A stretch of DNA of 20,000 bases from an uncultured virus (IMG/VR IMGVR_UViG_3300020159_003425) (taxonomy: Duplodnaviria > Heunggongvirae > Uroviricota > Caudoviricetes). The stretch lies in IMG/VR virus record IMGVR_UViG_3300020159_003425; one strand, 5' to 3'. Each line of letters starts with the position of its first letter. The first letter of the stretch is position 1. Below, in pieces: positions 7,833 to 16,715 of the stretch. The position numbers and the translations under genes were made by a program. The notes below the pieces were generated by a model. That model made no database searches, had not been told where the DNA came from, and saw only the letters and a program-made list of their open reading frames with translations.

Positions 7833-8858
7833 GTGTTAACAAGAACAAAACCATACTCCACCGCATACGATCAGTACGGAGATCCATATAAACTTGTGGA
7901 ATTTCGTATGATGGTGTTGAACAACTGTTCTATGGACTGCAAAGGTTGTTTCTACAAAAGGACAGACAACAACTTCAATGATTTCAAGAGTTCAAGAAAT
8001 TTGGCAGAAGACATGCAGTCAAATGGATATAGACTGGAAACTTGTTATCTACTACCAACAGACATATTCGATAACAAAGACAACTATTCATTATTCGATA
8101 ATGAAGATTTTGCAAAAACGGTATCTCAATTTGCGTACCTGGGCATAGCATCAACATTGGAAGATGGTTTTGATACCAAATTCTTCGACATAGTTTATGG
8201 GTTAAATGATCATATCAAGATTGAATTGCAGGTGAATCTTCTCATCAATAGATTGTTTGATATAAACTATCAAATGATACTCAAACACAATGTAAACCGA
8301 ATCAAAAATCTATACAAGGATAGAGTAGTAATTAATCTGGCAATCAATACCGGATTCTCACTCGACACTAAGGAAAAGGATAAGATTAAATCGATGTTGA
8401 AATACCTTAGTGAAGATGGTATTGTCGAATTAAACTTCACTTTCCTATACAACAAAGATATTTCTGAGGAAAAGAAACAAAAGATGATGAAGGATAGCAT
8501 CAGAATCATTCAAGATTTTGGTGATTTCTACCAGGAAGATGAATCCTTTGTCACTAAATACAATATGCGTACATTTTTACGCAAACCATCTTTCGTTTTC
8601 GTTGGAGAACCAAACACAGTATACGTCAATCCAATAGTTCCTTTTGATGAATATGTGTATATCAAAAAAGATAGATACATTGTACAGACTCCAACATATG
8701 ATGGTTTTTTAAATTCTTATGGTAAAATAACTGAGATAAATACACCAGTAGTGGACGCCTGTGAGTCATGTGAAAACTTAACTCATTGTATGGGCAAGTT
8801 TTACTTTGCTATATCGAATGATTTTGACTTGGGGTGTTTCTTAAATCTGAAGGAATGA
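7833..8858 (+). CDS. Atypical radical SAM protein (rSAM-2) with C-terminal CX2CX5C cluster
   Basis: CSMDCKGC (CX3CX2C). LLPTDIF sits where GGEP is expected. C-terminal CESCENLTHC...C. The GTG start is 1 nt after the upstream stop and is uncertain. Confidence 0.75.
   Translation: MLTRTKPYSTAYDQYGDPYKLVEFRMMVLNNCSMDCKGCFYKRTDNNFNDFKSSRNLAEDMQSNGYRLETCYLLPTDIFDNKDNYSLFDNEDFAKTVSQFAYLGIASTLEDGFDTKFFDIVYGLNDHIKIELQVNLLINRLFDINYQMILKHNVNRIKNLYKDRVVINLAINTGFSLDTKEKDKIKSMLKYLSEDGIVELNFTFLYNKDISEEKKQKMMKDSIRIIQDFGDFYQEDESFVTKYNMRTFLRKPSFVFVGEPNTVYVNPIVPFDEYVYIKKDRYIVQTPTYDGFLNSYGKITEINTPVVDACESCENLTHCMGKFYFAISNDFDLGCFLNLKE
8736..8742 (+). promoter_or_regulatory. Possible T4-type late promoter (ATAAATA) upstream of the CHSS-repeat gene
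   Basis: gATAAATAc lies about 127 nt before ATG 8869. The 7-mer is common by chance in AT-rich DNA. Confidence 0.25.
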
Positions 8859-8868
8859 TGGAGAAAAA

Positions 8869-9408
8869 ATGGCAAATTCTGGTTCATTAATTACAAAACA
8901 AAGTATAGTAGATGATTACTATGCGTATATTCGGAATCCTGCTTATAACGCAGTAGTCTTTTGGTCCGGAGATAACCCAGGACCAACCAGAATTAACACT
9001 GGCGCACTTGGACCCAGAGATTTTAGTGCTAATTTGGCAACTGGCAACATAACAGATTCTGTTGTAACTGCTGCAACCATCATCAATCAGGTTAGGGCTT
9101 TTGCTGTATATACCACTGCTGCAAGAAGAGCGAGAAGTGGTTTCATAGTGGATGATTTTTCACCAGACAATCCACCATATACAATTGATGATAGAACCGA
9201 TGTTTGCCGCTTGACGGATTCTTATCTAATTAGTTACACTTATGGTGGAAGTGTGAGTAATCCTGTGGGCGCAACAAACATCAATCAATTCTACACTAAT
9301 ATTAGAGCAACTGCTCAGAATGCACAGACAACGGCCGATGTAGTAGATTTACGTGTGTGTCACAGTTCATGTCACAGTTCATGTCACTCATCAAGAGGAA
9401 GAAGATAA
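8869..9408 (+). CDS. Putative precursor/substrate protein (179 aa) with C-terminal (CHSS)3-RGRR tail and virion-protein-like body
   Basis: GGAG SD at 8860-8863. Ends VVDLRVCHSSCHSSCHSSRGRR. It has one Lys and no Glu, and all three His are in the tail. It lies amid radical SAM genes. Confidence 0.75.
   Translation: MANSGSLITKQSIVDDYYAYIRNPAYNAVVFWSGDNPGPTRINTGALGPRDFSANLATGNITDSVVTAATIINQVRAFAVYTTAARRARSGFIVDDFSPDNPPYTIDDRTDVCRLTDSYLISYTYGGSVSNPVGATNINQFYTNIRATAQNAQTTADVVDLRVCHSSCHSSCHSSRGRR
9358..9393 (+). repeat. 12-bp tandem repeat encoding CHSS x3
   Basis: tgtcacagttca tgtcacagttca tgtcactcatca. Confidence 0.95.
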
Positions 9409-10467
9409 ATGTTTCATATTGCTAACAGAGTGTATTTGGAATACGACTACAAATTTCATCAACAGTACCCATATATTGTTGCATCGAGTAGATGGAAAGA
9501 TCATCCAATAACTATATCGAAAAGTGAACTGATTGCTCAGGTACCGAGTTTTCAAGAACTATTATCTGAGAGATATAATAATAACATTGAAACCTTTTGG
9601 TCATCGTTATTATCAGAAACTAGAAAACTTATTGTTTTCGTTGATCCAGAAACCATGGCAAAGTTACAGTTCCAGTATTGGAAAAGTATTTTCAAAGATG
9701 ACATAAAGGCGGAAGACTTACACAAGTTGCACGCCAGTTGGATAGAAAGTAACAGATTGTCTAGTTACTACTCCTTAATTGGTTCATGGGACAGAGGCAC
9801 AAATTCATGGTCTAAATCCAATGCATTCACCGAGTTGGCAATACCGACTTTGGCGGATTCTACCAAATTATTCAATGAAACTGTTGCATCGAATACCATC
9901 AAATCGATGAACAAATCATCCATCAGTTTTGAATATTTGATGGCCGAGTTCTTTCACAACAATGCATCCAATTATAAACAAGAATTACTAAAAAGAATTG
10001 AGTTTCTAACTTGGGATAACTGGTTGGACGAACTGGAACACTTGAAATATGAAATCATTTCCGGCAATATCGATGCCGGTAAATTGGATACATCTCTAAG
10101 AATGAGTATTGGCAACATCGAAAGTGAACTGGCCAAAAGCGACTTGTTAAAATGGACTGTCGATCCAGCTTTTACCAATGATGCCGAGTATATTAAAGCA
10201 AATTATGATCCACAAATTTTCGTTAACTGTTATATCAAATTAGCAGAAGTATGGCAACACGACTACGATGACATGTCACAACTCAGCAGACTAATTAATG
10301 AGAAACAATATGAAGAATTGTTAAACAGAGATGTTAATAGAAACTATGGTTGCTCTTATACACGCACACGATTCTTTGCAAAATCCAACCATGTATTTGC
10401 CACATGGTGTTACGACTTGAAGAGAAAAGGACAAACTTCTCAGTTGGCACCATTCGTTCTACGTTAA
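9409..10467 (+). CDS. Hypothetical protein (352 aa), coupled to the CHSS-repeat gene
   Basis: TAA-ATG abutment at 9406-9411. Long ORF with no motif I recognise. Confidence 0.8.
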   Translation: MFHIANRVYLEYDYKFHQQYPYIVASSRWKDHPITISKSELIAQVPSFQELLSERYNNNIETFWSSLLSETRKLIVFVDPETMAKLQFQYWKSIFKDDIKAEDLHKLHASWIESNRLSSYYSLIGSWDRGTNSWSKSNAFTELAIPTLADSTKLFNETVASNTIKSMNKSSISFEYLMAEFFHNNASNYKQELLKRIEFLTWDNWLDELEHLKYEIISGNIDAGKLDTSLRMSIGNIESELAKSDLLKWTVDPAFTNDAEYIKANYDPQIFVNCYIKLAEVWQHDYDDMSQLSRLINEKQYEELLNRDVNRNYGCSYTRTRFFAKSNHVFATWCYDLKRKGQTSQLAPFVLR

Positions 10468-10504
10468 TGTAATATTTTATTGTTTGTGACTATTTAATTA
10501 TAAT

Positions 10505-11626
10505 ATGTATTCTGTATTTTCAAATGAATTCAATGTCGTTTACCTTAGAGTGGTTCAGGGGTGCAATTTAAATTGCACACATTGTTTCACATTAGGCAAT
10601 AAAGATCCTGTCATGTTTACGGAGTTATCCGTTTTGGAAAAGTTCTTAACGTCCATACGAAACAATGTGAACCCACAGAAAGTCACATTTTACATTCATG
10701 GTGGTGAAACATTTTTAGCTCCACTAAAATATCTATCGAGTGTGAATGATTTAATTCGGGAAAAGTTTCCTGATATAAAGATGGATATAATTCCACAAAC
10801 AAACTTAATCTACAAAGTGGACCAAGAGTTTGTGGAATTTATCAAAAAAGAATACAGAGGCACGATAGGTGTTAGTTGGGATGCCGATATACGATTCGGA
10901 TCGGTAGCCATCAACAAAAAATCTGAACAAGAAGAAGTGTTCTTTAAGAACCTCCGATATCTGATCGACAATGGCATCAAAGTACATATTGCTATCACTG
11001 CACAAAAGAATTTATTGAACTATGATCCAATAGAGATCGTAGAAAAATTTGATGGTGTTGATAGTATAGACTTTGAATTGTTAACTACATTCGATGATCA
11101 AACAAGAAGTCTACGACCAAACAATTTGAAATGGGCAAACTGGTTGGATAAATTGGTAACATATTATGAAGACAATAATACCACTTGGTGTTTGCCACAA
11201 ATTGATCTGTTTACCAAAACACTAATGACTGGAAAAATGTTTGATTGTAAATGCAATTGTTGCGACAAACGAACATTCACTTTAAATCCAAATGGTACCG
11301 TTGGTTTATGTCCAGACATGACTTATGTTGAACCATTCAGTACAGTGGACGAAATGTCAACGGATTGGCCAGCATTTGAATCCAAGTCTCTGGATCTGAT
11401 AATAAAGAAGATCACTGCACAACAAGAACATGAGATGTGTTTCAAGTGCGAACATTATGACATATGCGGTGGTAATTGCGACTCTTCTTTGTTCGATGAC
11501 ACCGAAGAGTGTCCATTAAGTAAGAAGGTAATTGGTCGTATAAGAGGCAATATAAATAAATTTATTCGACTTTATGAACAAAAAGCCAAATTTAATTTGA
11601 CAGAACTGAGAGAAAATTATGAATAA
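10505..11626 (+). CDS. Radical SAM/SPASM-domain protein (rSAM-3), paralog of rSAM-1
   Basis: CNLNCTHC, IHGGETF and GVSWDADIRF. SPASM-like CKCNCC...TLNPNGTVGLCP and CFKCEHYDICGGNC...CP. Confidence 0.92.
   Translation: MYSVFSNEFNVVYLRVVQGCNLNCTHCFTLGNKDPVMFTELSVLEKFLTSIRNNVNPQKVTFYIHGGETFLAPLKYLSSVNDLIREKFPDIKMDIIPQTNLIYKVDQEFVEFIKKEYRGTIGVSWDADIRFGSVAINKKSEQEEVFFKNLRYLIDNGIKVHIAITAQKNLLNYDPIEIVEKFDGVDSIDFELLTTFDDQTRSLRPNNLKWANWLDKLVTYYEDNNTTWCLPQIDLFTKTLMTGKMFDCKCNCCDKRTFTLNPNGTVGLCPDMTYVEPFSTVDEMSTDWPAFESKSLDLIIKKITAQQEHEMCFKCEHYDICGGNCDSSLFDDTEECPLSKKVIGRIRGNINKFIRLYEQKAKFNLTELRENYE
11551..11558 (+). promoter_or_regulatory. T4 late promoter consensus TATAAATA
   Basis: Exact match, 60 nt upstream of ATG 11619 and inside the 3' end of rSAM-3. 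It is the only perfect copy I spotted. Confidence 0.4.
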
Positions 11627-12365
11627 GATCCGAGAAACTGTGGCACCTTTGCCAATTGAAACAATCAAAGAATATTTTCACGACAAAGAAATTTCTTTCT
11701 TGGTTGATTATGAAAACTCTAAGATTGCAGATAAAATTTTCTTAACATATGTTTCAAATCTGGACATACCGTTAGATATCAAATTAAGAAAAGACTTTCC
11801 CAAAGAAAAATTGTTCTCGTTGATTGATGCATATATGGATATGAAAACAATATGTGATGTTAAAACTTTAAGTATGATGGTAGTACACATTCTACTCAAA
11901 GCAATCGGCGTAAACACGAAAGAGTCATTGTCAAATACTTTTATGACAGAAGAATTGGTTGATGAATTCATTGAAACAAGAAAAGAAAAAGTTTCAAGGT
12001 GGGCTCACTTTTTGGATTCTTCAATGTTGTTTCTGATTTATTCTTACAAAGATTTGAATGAAAAAATAAAAGTCGAAGAATCATTTCCTAAAATAGAAGA
12101 TGCAAACTATGTCGGTTTGAACATCGTAAACCTATTCAGTGTTCCTGGTTTTATGAATTGTTATTTCAGTGCGGGTCCAACACCAAGTATGAGTTTCTTC
12201 ACCGAACAATTCACCAAGTATATGTTCAAAGGTAAAAACCTATTTGATTATTTCAACAACGAAGAGAATATGTTTGTACCACTACTGGTTGGGCTTGTCG
12301 AAAAGAAGTTACATATGGATCCAAGAGAACAATTCAAGGACGATTTGAGTCTGGAAGTAAAATAA
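11619..12365 (+). CDS. Hypothetical protein (248 aa)
   Basis: Overlaps the rSAM-3 stop by 8 nt. Long ORF in operon context with no recognised motif. Confidence 0.8.
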   Translation: MNKIRETVAPLPIETIKEYFHDKEISFLVDYENSKIADKIFLTYVSNLDIPLDIKLRKDFPKEKLFSLIDAYMDMKTICDVKTLSMMVVHILLKAIGVNTKESLSNTFMTEELVDEFIETRKEKVSRWAHFLDSSMLFLIYSYKDLNEKIKVEESFPKIEDANYVGLNIVNLFSVPGFMNCYFSAGPTPSMSFFTEQFTKYMFKGKNLFDYFNNEENMFVPLLVGLVEKKLHMDPREQFKDDLSLEVK

Positions 12366-12366
12366 A

Positions 12367-13470
12367 ATGGACGCTTATTTGGCATCAGGTAGTCTTAAAG
12401 ACTCCTTCAATTTTTACTTCAACTTAAACTTTGAATTCTTAAATGGATGCCAGTTTAGTTGTAAGGGTTGCCACGTAAATAAAAATGGTGCTGAAGCTTT
12501 CGATGATGATAGTTATACACAATTGAAGAAAATTATGGAGAGTTTTAGTGAAGGCAACTCCTATAAACCCTTCATTGCATTCATTGCACCCACCGATTTC
12601 TTAAGTGCAACAAATACCGAATCTGTTTTATCTGATCCACGTGTGGTAGAAATCTTAAACAAATTCAAACGCATCAGTTTACAAACAACATACTTGGACA
12701 TTAACAGAGCTGAGAGTATTGGTAATATTTTACGCAAACACTATTCAAATATGGAATTGGAAATCAATGTCATCATTGAACCAGAAAAAATTGAAAATGA
12801 AAAATACCTTTCAGTATTAAAACGCAATCAAGGTTATGTAATTAGAAAAATGAACTGGCCAACACCAGTAAGAAGTTTTGGTATAATGAATGTGTATGAT
12901 TATGATACAACAAAAATGGCAGAGTTATTGAGAGACTATGACTTCTTGCACAAAAAGGTAGAACATCTTTTTGAAACCACAATCGATTTCAATTTCAGTT
13001 TGGGTAGAAAAGATGAACAGTTAACCTCTGAAGAATTTTTCTCTGCTGCACAAAAGATCAAAGACATGTTTAATGGTAGTGTTGTCTCGGAAGAAAAGGG
13101 ACAATACTTGAGATTTAGTTTTGGTCGACTGAATGATTCTCTAATCGAGAAACAGTACAACTGGAAAAATGGAGAGTTCTATTACAGTCCACTTCTCTAT
13201 GAGAGATATGTAAGTTTTGTAAGTGGTTTAAAAATACCAATCAAAGACTTCAACTTTAAAGAATTTGAAGAGTATGAAGAACAAATACAACTTAGCCAGT
13301 ATACTAATGTGGATGACAAGACAGAATGCGGAGACTGTCCCTTACTAGGTTCATGTGTTGACAGAGGCATTCTTCATCTTATGGATATTCACGGCATTAA
13401 GGATTGCTTAGTAGCCAAAAATGCCATGGATGTTGTCAATGCTATGGGAACACTACCCTATGGCCATTGA
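12367..13470 (+). CDS. Atypical radical SAM protein (rSAM-4), paralog of rSAM-2
   Basis: CQFSCKGC (CX3CX2C). IAPTDFL sits in place of GGEP. C-terminal CGDCPLLGSC...C. Confidence 0.8.
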   Translation: MDAYLASGSLKDSFNFYFNLNFEFLNGCQFSCKGCHVNKNGAEAFDDDSYTQLKKIMESFSEGNSYKPFIAFIAPTDFLSATNTESVLSDPRVVEILNKFKRISLQTTYLDINRAESIGNILRKHYSNMELEINVIIEPEKIENEKYLSVLKRNQGYVIRKMNWPTPVRSFGIMNVYDYDTTKMAELLRDYDFLHKKVEHLFETTIDFNFSLGRKDEQLTSEEFFSAAQKIKDMFNGSVVSEEKGQYLRFSFGRLNDSLIEKQYNWKNGEFYYSPLLYERYVSFVSGLKIPIKDFNFKEFEEYEEQIQLSQYTNVDDKTECGDCPLLGSCVDRGILHLMDIHGIKDCLVAKNAMDVVNAMGTLPYGH

Positions 13471-14203
13471 TTTACTGTATCTCGCAAACAATATCACCGA
13501 TCAAGAGTTTGCCAAGTTAGTAGTATCTTCTGGAGATTATTTTCCTGGTTTCTACAGATTCACTATGGGTGATAGAAACCACGAGCGCAAGCAATTGAGT
13601 CTAAAAGGATTGATTGCTTGTTATTTCGATCAAGAAGTCAATTCAAAAAAATACACCAGAGAACAGTGGACTACATACACTAAAGAACGTCATCATGTTT
13701 TAGATGCAAGAAATTCTTCCAGATCAGACAGTTGGGTTTATGAAATGTTGGACCAAGGTTATCTAAAATGGATGACAGAAGCAAGAGAGTATGACATTGC
13801 ACTGATCGAAATAGATTCTGGTGTAGATAGAATTGCACTAGATGAAACGTACTTCTTTATGGGAAGTTTGATTCGCTTTGAAAAAAATTCTTTATCTTTG
13901 GGATTTGATTTGTTGAGAAACGAATCAGTCTTGACTATTGAAACGGATACATCCGAACTGATTGAATATACCGAGAAAATGTATCAATCGCATCTGAAAG
14001 ATTTCTTTTTACCCGCAGATTGTGTTGCATCCTTAAAGATGAATGATAATCTAGGAACACTTTCAATGTCAGACAAAACTGTTGCTAGAGCAATGACTTC
14101 AGACAGTAACACAGTGGTGATCGCATCAAATAGAAATGTTAGTAAACAAATTCCTATTCGTTGGGCTAAAGATATAATATTGACAGAAGTAAATGAATTA
14201 TGA
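13460..14203 (+). CDS. Hypothetical protein (~247 aa)
   Basis: Likely start is ATG 13460 (MAIDLLYL; 11-nt overlap with rSAM-4) rather than 13421. No recognised motif. Confidence 0.75.
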   Translation: MAIDLLYLANNITDQEFAKLVVSSGDYFPGFYRFTMGDRNHERKQLSLKGLIACYFDQEVNSKKYTREQWTTYTKERHHVLDARNSSRSDSWVYEMLDQGYLKWMTEAREYDIALIEIDSGVDRIALDETYFFMGSLIRFEKNSLSLGFDLLRNESVLTIETDTSELIEYTEKMYQSHLKDFFLPADCVASLKMNDNLGTLSMSDKTVARAMTSDSNTVVIASNRNVSKQIPIRWAKDIILTEVNEL

Positions 14204-14619
14204 AACTACAAGATGAACATGATCATTTTCTGAAATGTGTACCCGATTTATTCAACTCTTGCACAATCACGAAGGTGAGTGAAGATGGTCTGGCACAGGT
14301 TGAATATGAATATTTCAAGAAAGCATTGTTTCCCATATCAACCATAGTGTTCTATGAACATGGTGATAAGTATTATTATCCATTGGCAATGGAGTTTCGT
14401 TTAATTGATAACAACATACTCTACTTGACAGAAGAACTGAGTGTGAATTCGGCTGAAGAATTGTTCCGAATACTGACCAGTTCGATGAACAAAGAAGAAA
14501 AATGGAGTAACGAATTCAAACTATGCGTTGTGCATACAAAGTCCAAACCAAAATATTGTTTACAATTAAAAGATGACTTCAACATATCGAATGTAAACGT
14601 GGAGCATGTGTATGAGTGA
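14200..14619 (+). CDS. Hypothetical protein (139 aa)
   Basis: ATGA 4-nt overlap with the upstream gene. Confidence 0.75.
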   Translation: MKLQDEHDHFLKCVPDLFNSCTITKVSEDGLAQVEYEYFKKALFPISTIVFYEHGDKYYYPLAMEFRLIDNNILYLTEELSVNSAEELFRILTSSMNKEEKWSNEFKLCVVHTKSKPKYCLQLKDDFNISNVNVEHVYE

Positions 14620-15664
14620 ATTTTTAAAACACGTATTGAAAGATAAAGTTCCAGACTCTACAGAAATTGAATTGCACCTTTTTGAGTTTTGCAATCTGAG
14701 TTGTAGTTTCTGTGGGCAAGACCATGATAGCGAAGAGGGTCTGAATACCGTATCAGAAAAGGCCAAACAAGTAATAGACTTTATGCAAAAGTCTGGCAAA
14801 ACCAGCCACATTGTCAACAGCATGGGTGGAGAAATATTTAATGATCTGGTACCTGACGAAACACTCTCACAATACTGGGATTTTTATACTGAAATAAATG
14901 ATTGGTGTATCAGTAACAACCATAAAGTCAGATTCAATTGGGTAACAAATTTAATATTCCAAAAAAGTGAACGTGTTCTAGATTTGATTACACGTATGAG
15001 AAATGTGAGTGGCAATGCATACATTTCCACCAGTTATGACTTTGCTGGGCGTGGATTGGACATAAACAAAACAATCCAGTTTGATGCCAACCTCAAAAAA
15101 TTTGGTGATTGGATTACTGTGATAGGTTTCGTTATGACAAAGCCTGCCATAAGAAAAATTCTGACGAAGACTGATAAATTTTTTAGTGAAAACTTATACA
15201 AGAATTATACATTGTACTTTGATTACTATGTTCCTGAACTGAGATCAGATAAAAACATGCCGAGTGAACAAGAGATGTTGGACTGCATGTTGTTTATTGC
15301 AAAGAACTATCCTAACATTTATCCAATCAAAGATTTGATTGTTAATGAACACAACAAGATGACATGTTATAGCATGAACAAGGTAACTATTCTTCCCAGT
15401 GGCAAAGAGGTTACATGTCGATACTTGGATTACGAACCAGTTCAGTTCATAAATAAAATTGACTATAAGTCAAATAGCAATATAATAGAAGCTCATTTGG
15501 AAAGAAACAAATGTCTGGGATGTAAATGGTTTGACCGTTGTGCATTCAGGTGTTTTGTTCAGGCAGATTGGGCAGAATTGGAACGAACAAAAGAATGTCT
15601 TTTTAGGGAATTCTTTAATCAAGTGAATGAATTGGGCATGTTAAAATATGGATCTAATAATTAA
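14612..15664 (+). CDS. Radical SAM/SPASM-like protein (rSAM-5)
   Basis: GGAG at 14601-14604 favours ATG 14612. CNLSCSFC and MGGEIF. C-terminal CYSMNKVTILPSGKEVTC and CLGCKWFDRCAFRC...C. Confidence 0.9.
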   Translation: MSEFLKHVLKDKVPDSTEIELHLFEFCNLSCSFCGQDHDSEEGLNTVSEKAKQVIDFMQKSGKTSHIVNSMGGEIFNDLVPDETLSQYWDFYTEINDWCISNNHKVRFNWVTNLIFQKSERVLDLITRMRNVSGNAYISTSYDFAGRGLDINKTIQFDANLKKFGDWITVIGFVMTKPAIRKILTKTDKFFSENLYKNYTLYFDYYVPELRSDKNMPSEQEMLDCMLFIAKNYPNIYPIKDLIVNEHNKMTCYSMNKVTILPSGKEVTCRYLDYEPVQFINKIDYKSNSNIIEAHLERNKCLGCKWFDRCAFRCFVQADWAELERTKECLFREFFNQVNELGMLKYGSNN

Positions 15665-16715
15665 ACCAACGGAAAGATGCAATTTCAAATGCACTTTTTG
15701 TTCCAGCACACACATCACCGAAGATAAGACTGCTGAATTAGATCACGAATACATCTTCAAGTTTCTCAAAAGATATCCAGAAACACAAACAATCATAGTC
15801 AATGGTGGGGATCCACTAATGATGCATCCGGATTATTACTGGAAAATAATAGAACACTTGGATGAGATCAACAGTCCTGCTAGCATAAGTTTCACTAGCA
15901 ACCTTTGGCCATTCTATAAAAATCCCGAAAAGTGGATTGACCTCTTCAGACACCCTCGCATGGGTATTACAACCAGTTTTCAATACGGTGGCGGTAGGTT
16001 GAAGGGAGACCTATCCGAATTCACAGAAGAAGACTTTTGGTCCGTCAGTGACATGATGTCGGAACTGGTAGGATACAGACCAGATTTTATTGCGGTAATT
16101 ACCGAAGAGAATGAAAAAGATGCCATTAAGAATGTGGAACTGGCAAAAAGAATGAACGTTGTATGCAAATTAAATTATGCATTGAGCAGTGGACCTCCTG
16201 TAAAATTCAAAAATATTGTAATGGGACAAGAAGGTCGTCCATATATGTTATCAAAAATATATGAAATCTATGTTGATATATGGAAAAAGAATCTTGCACC
16301 TTGGGAATACAACACAACACAAATGATTCGTAGATTGAGTCAAGGCAATACAACTTGCCCACAAAATCGAAACTGCGATTCGGGAATCAGAACATTACAA
16401 CCTAGTGGAGACTATTATAGTTGTGGTGCATTTGGTGATGACAATCTATACAAGATAGATTTCGAAAAAGAAATGTCCGGTAAAAAGATATTTCCATTGA
16501 AGTATCAACAAGAATTGCAAAGTTTAAAACAATCTTGTTTCACCTGTCCCATGTTTGAGATATGCAATGGTTGCAAAAAGACAATTAAAGATTTGAAAGA
16601 TTATAATATGGTGGAAGATCATTGCTTCAGAATGAAAAAGATTGCACCTGATATCATAGAAGCCAATGGATTAACCGGTATTTTGGAACCAACACCGTAT
16701 GTCAAAGAATATTAA
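15648..16715 (+). CDS. Radical SAM/SPASM-domain protein (rSAM-6)
   Basis: IIKPTERCNFKCTFC and NGGDPL. CPQNRNC...LQPSGDYYSCG and CFTCPMFEICNGC...HC. Confidence 0.92.
   Translation: MDLIIKPTERCNFKCTFCSSTHITEDKTAELDHEYIFKFLKRYPETQTIIVNGGDPLMMHPDYYWKIIEHLDEINSPASISFTSNLWPFYKNPEKWIDLFRHPRMGITTSFQYGGGRLKGDLSEFTEEDFWSVSDMMSELVGYRPDFIAVITEENEKDAIKNVELAKRMNVVCKLNYALSSGPPVKFKNIVMGQEGRPYMLSKIYEIYVDIWKKNLAPWEYNTTQMIRRLSQGNTTCPQNRNCDSGIRTLQPSGDYYSCGAFGDDNLYKIDFEKEMSGKKIFPLKYQQELQSLKQSCFTCPMFEICNGCKKTIKDLKDYNMVEDHCFRMKKIAPDIIEANGLTGILEPTPYVKEY

Noticed and set aside
10468..10504. Sigma70-like promoter (TATAAT at 10499-10504) before rSAM-3
   Set aside because: TATAAT directly abuts the ATG, there is no properly spaced -35, and the gap is very AT-rich, so a chance match is likely.
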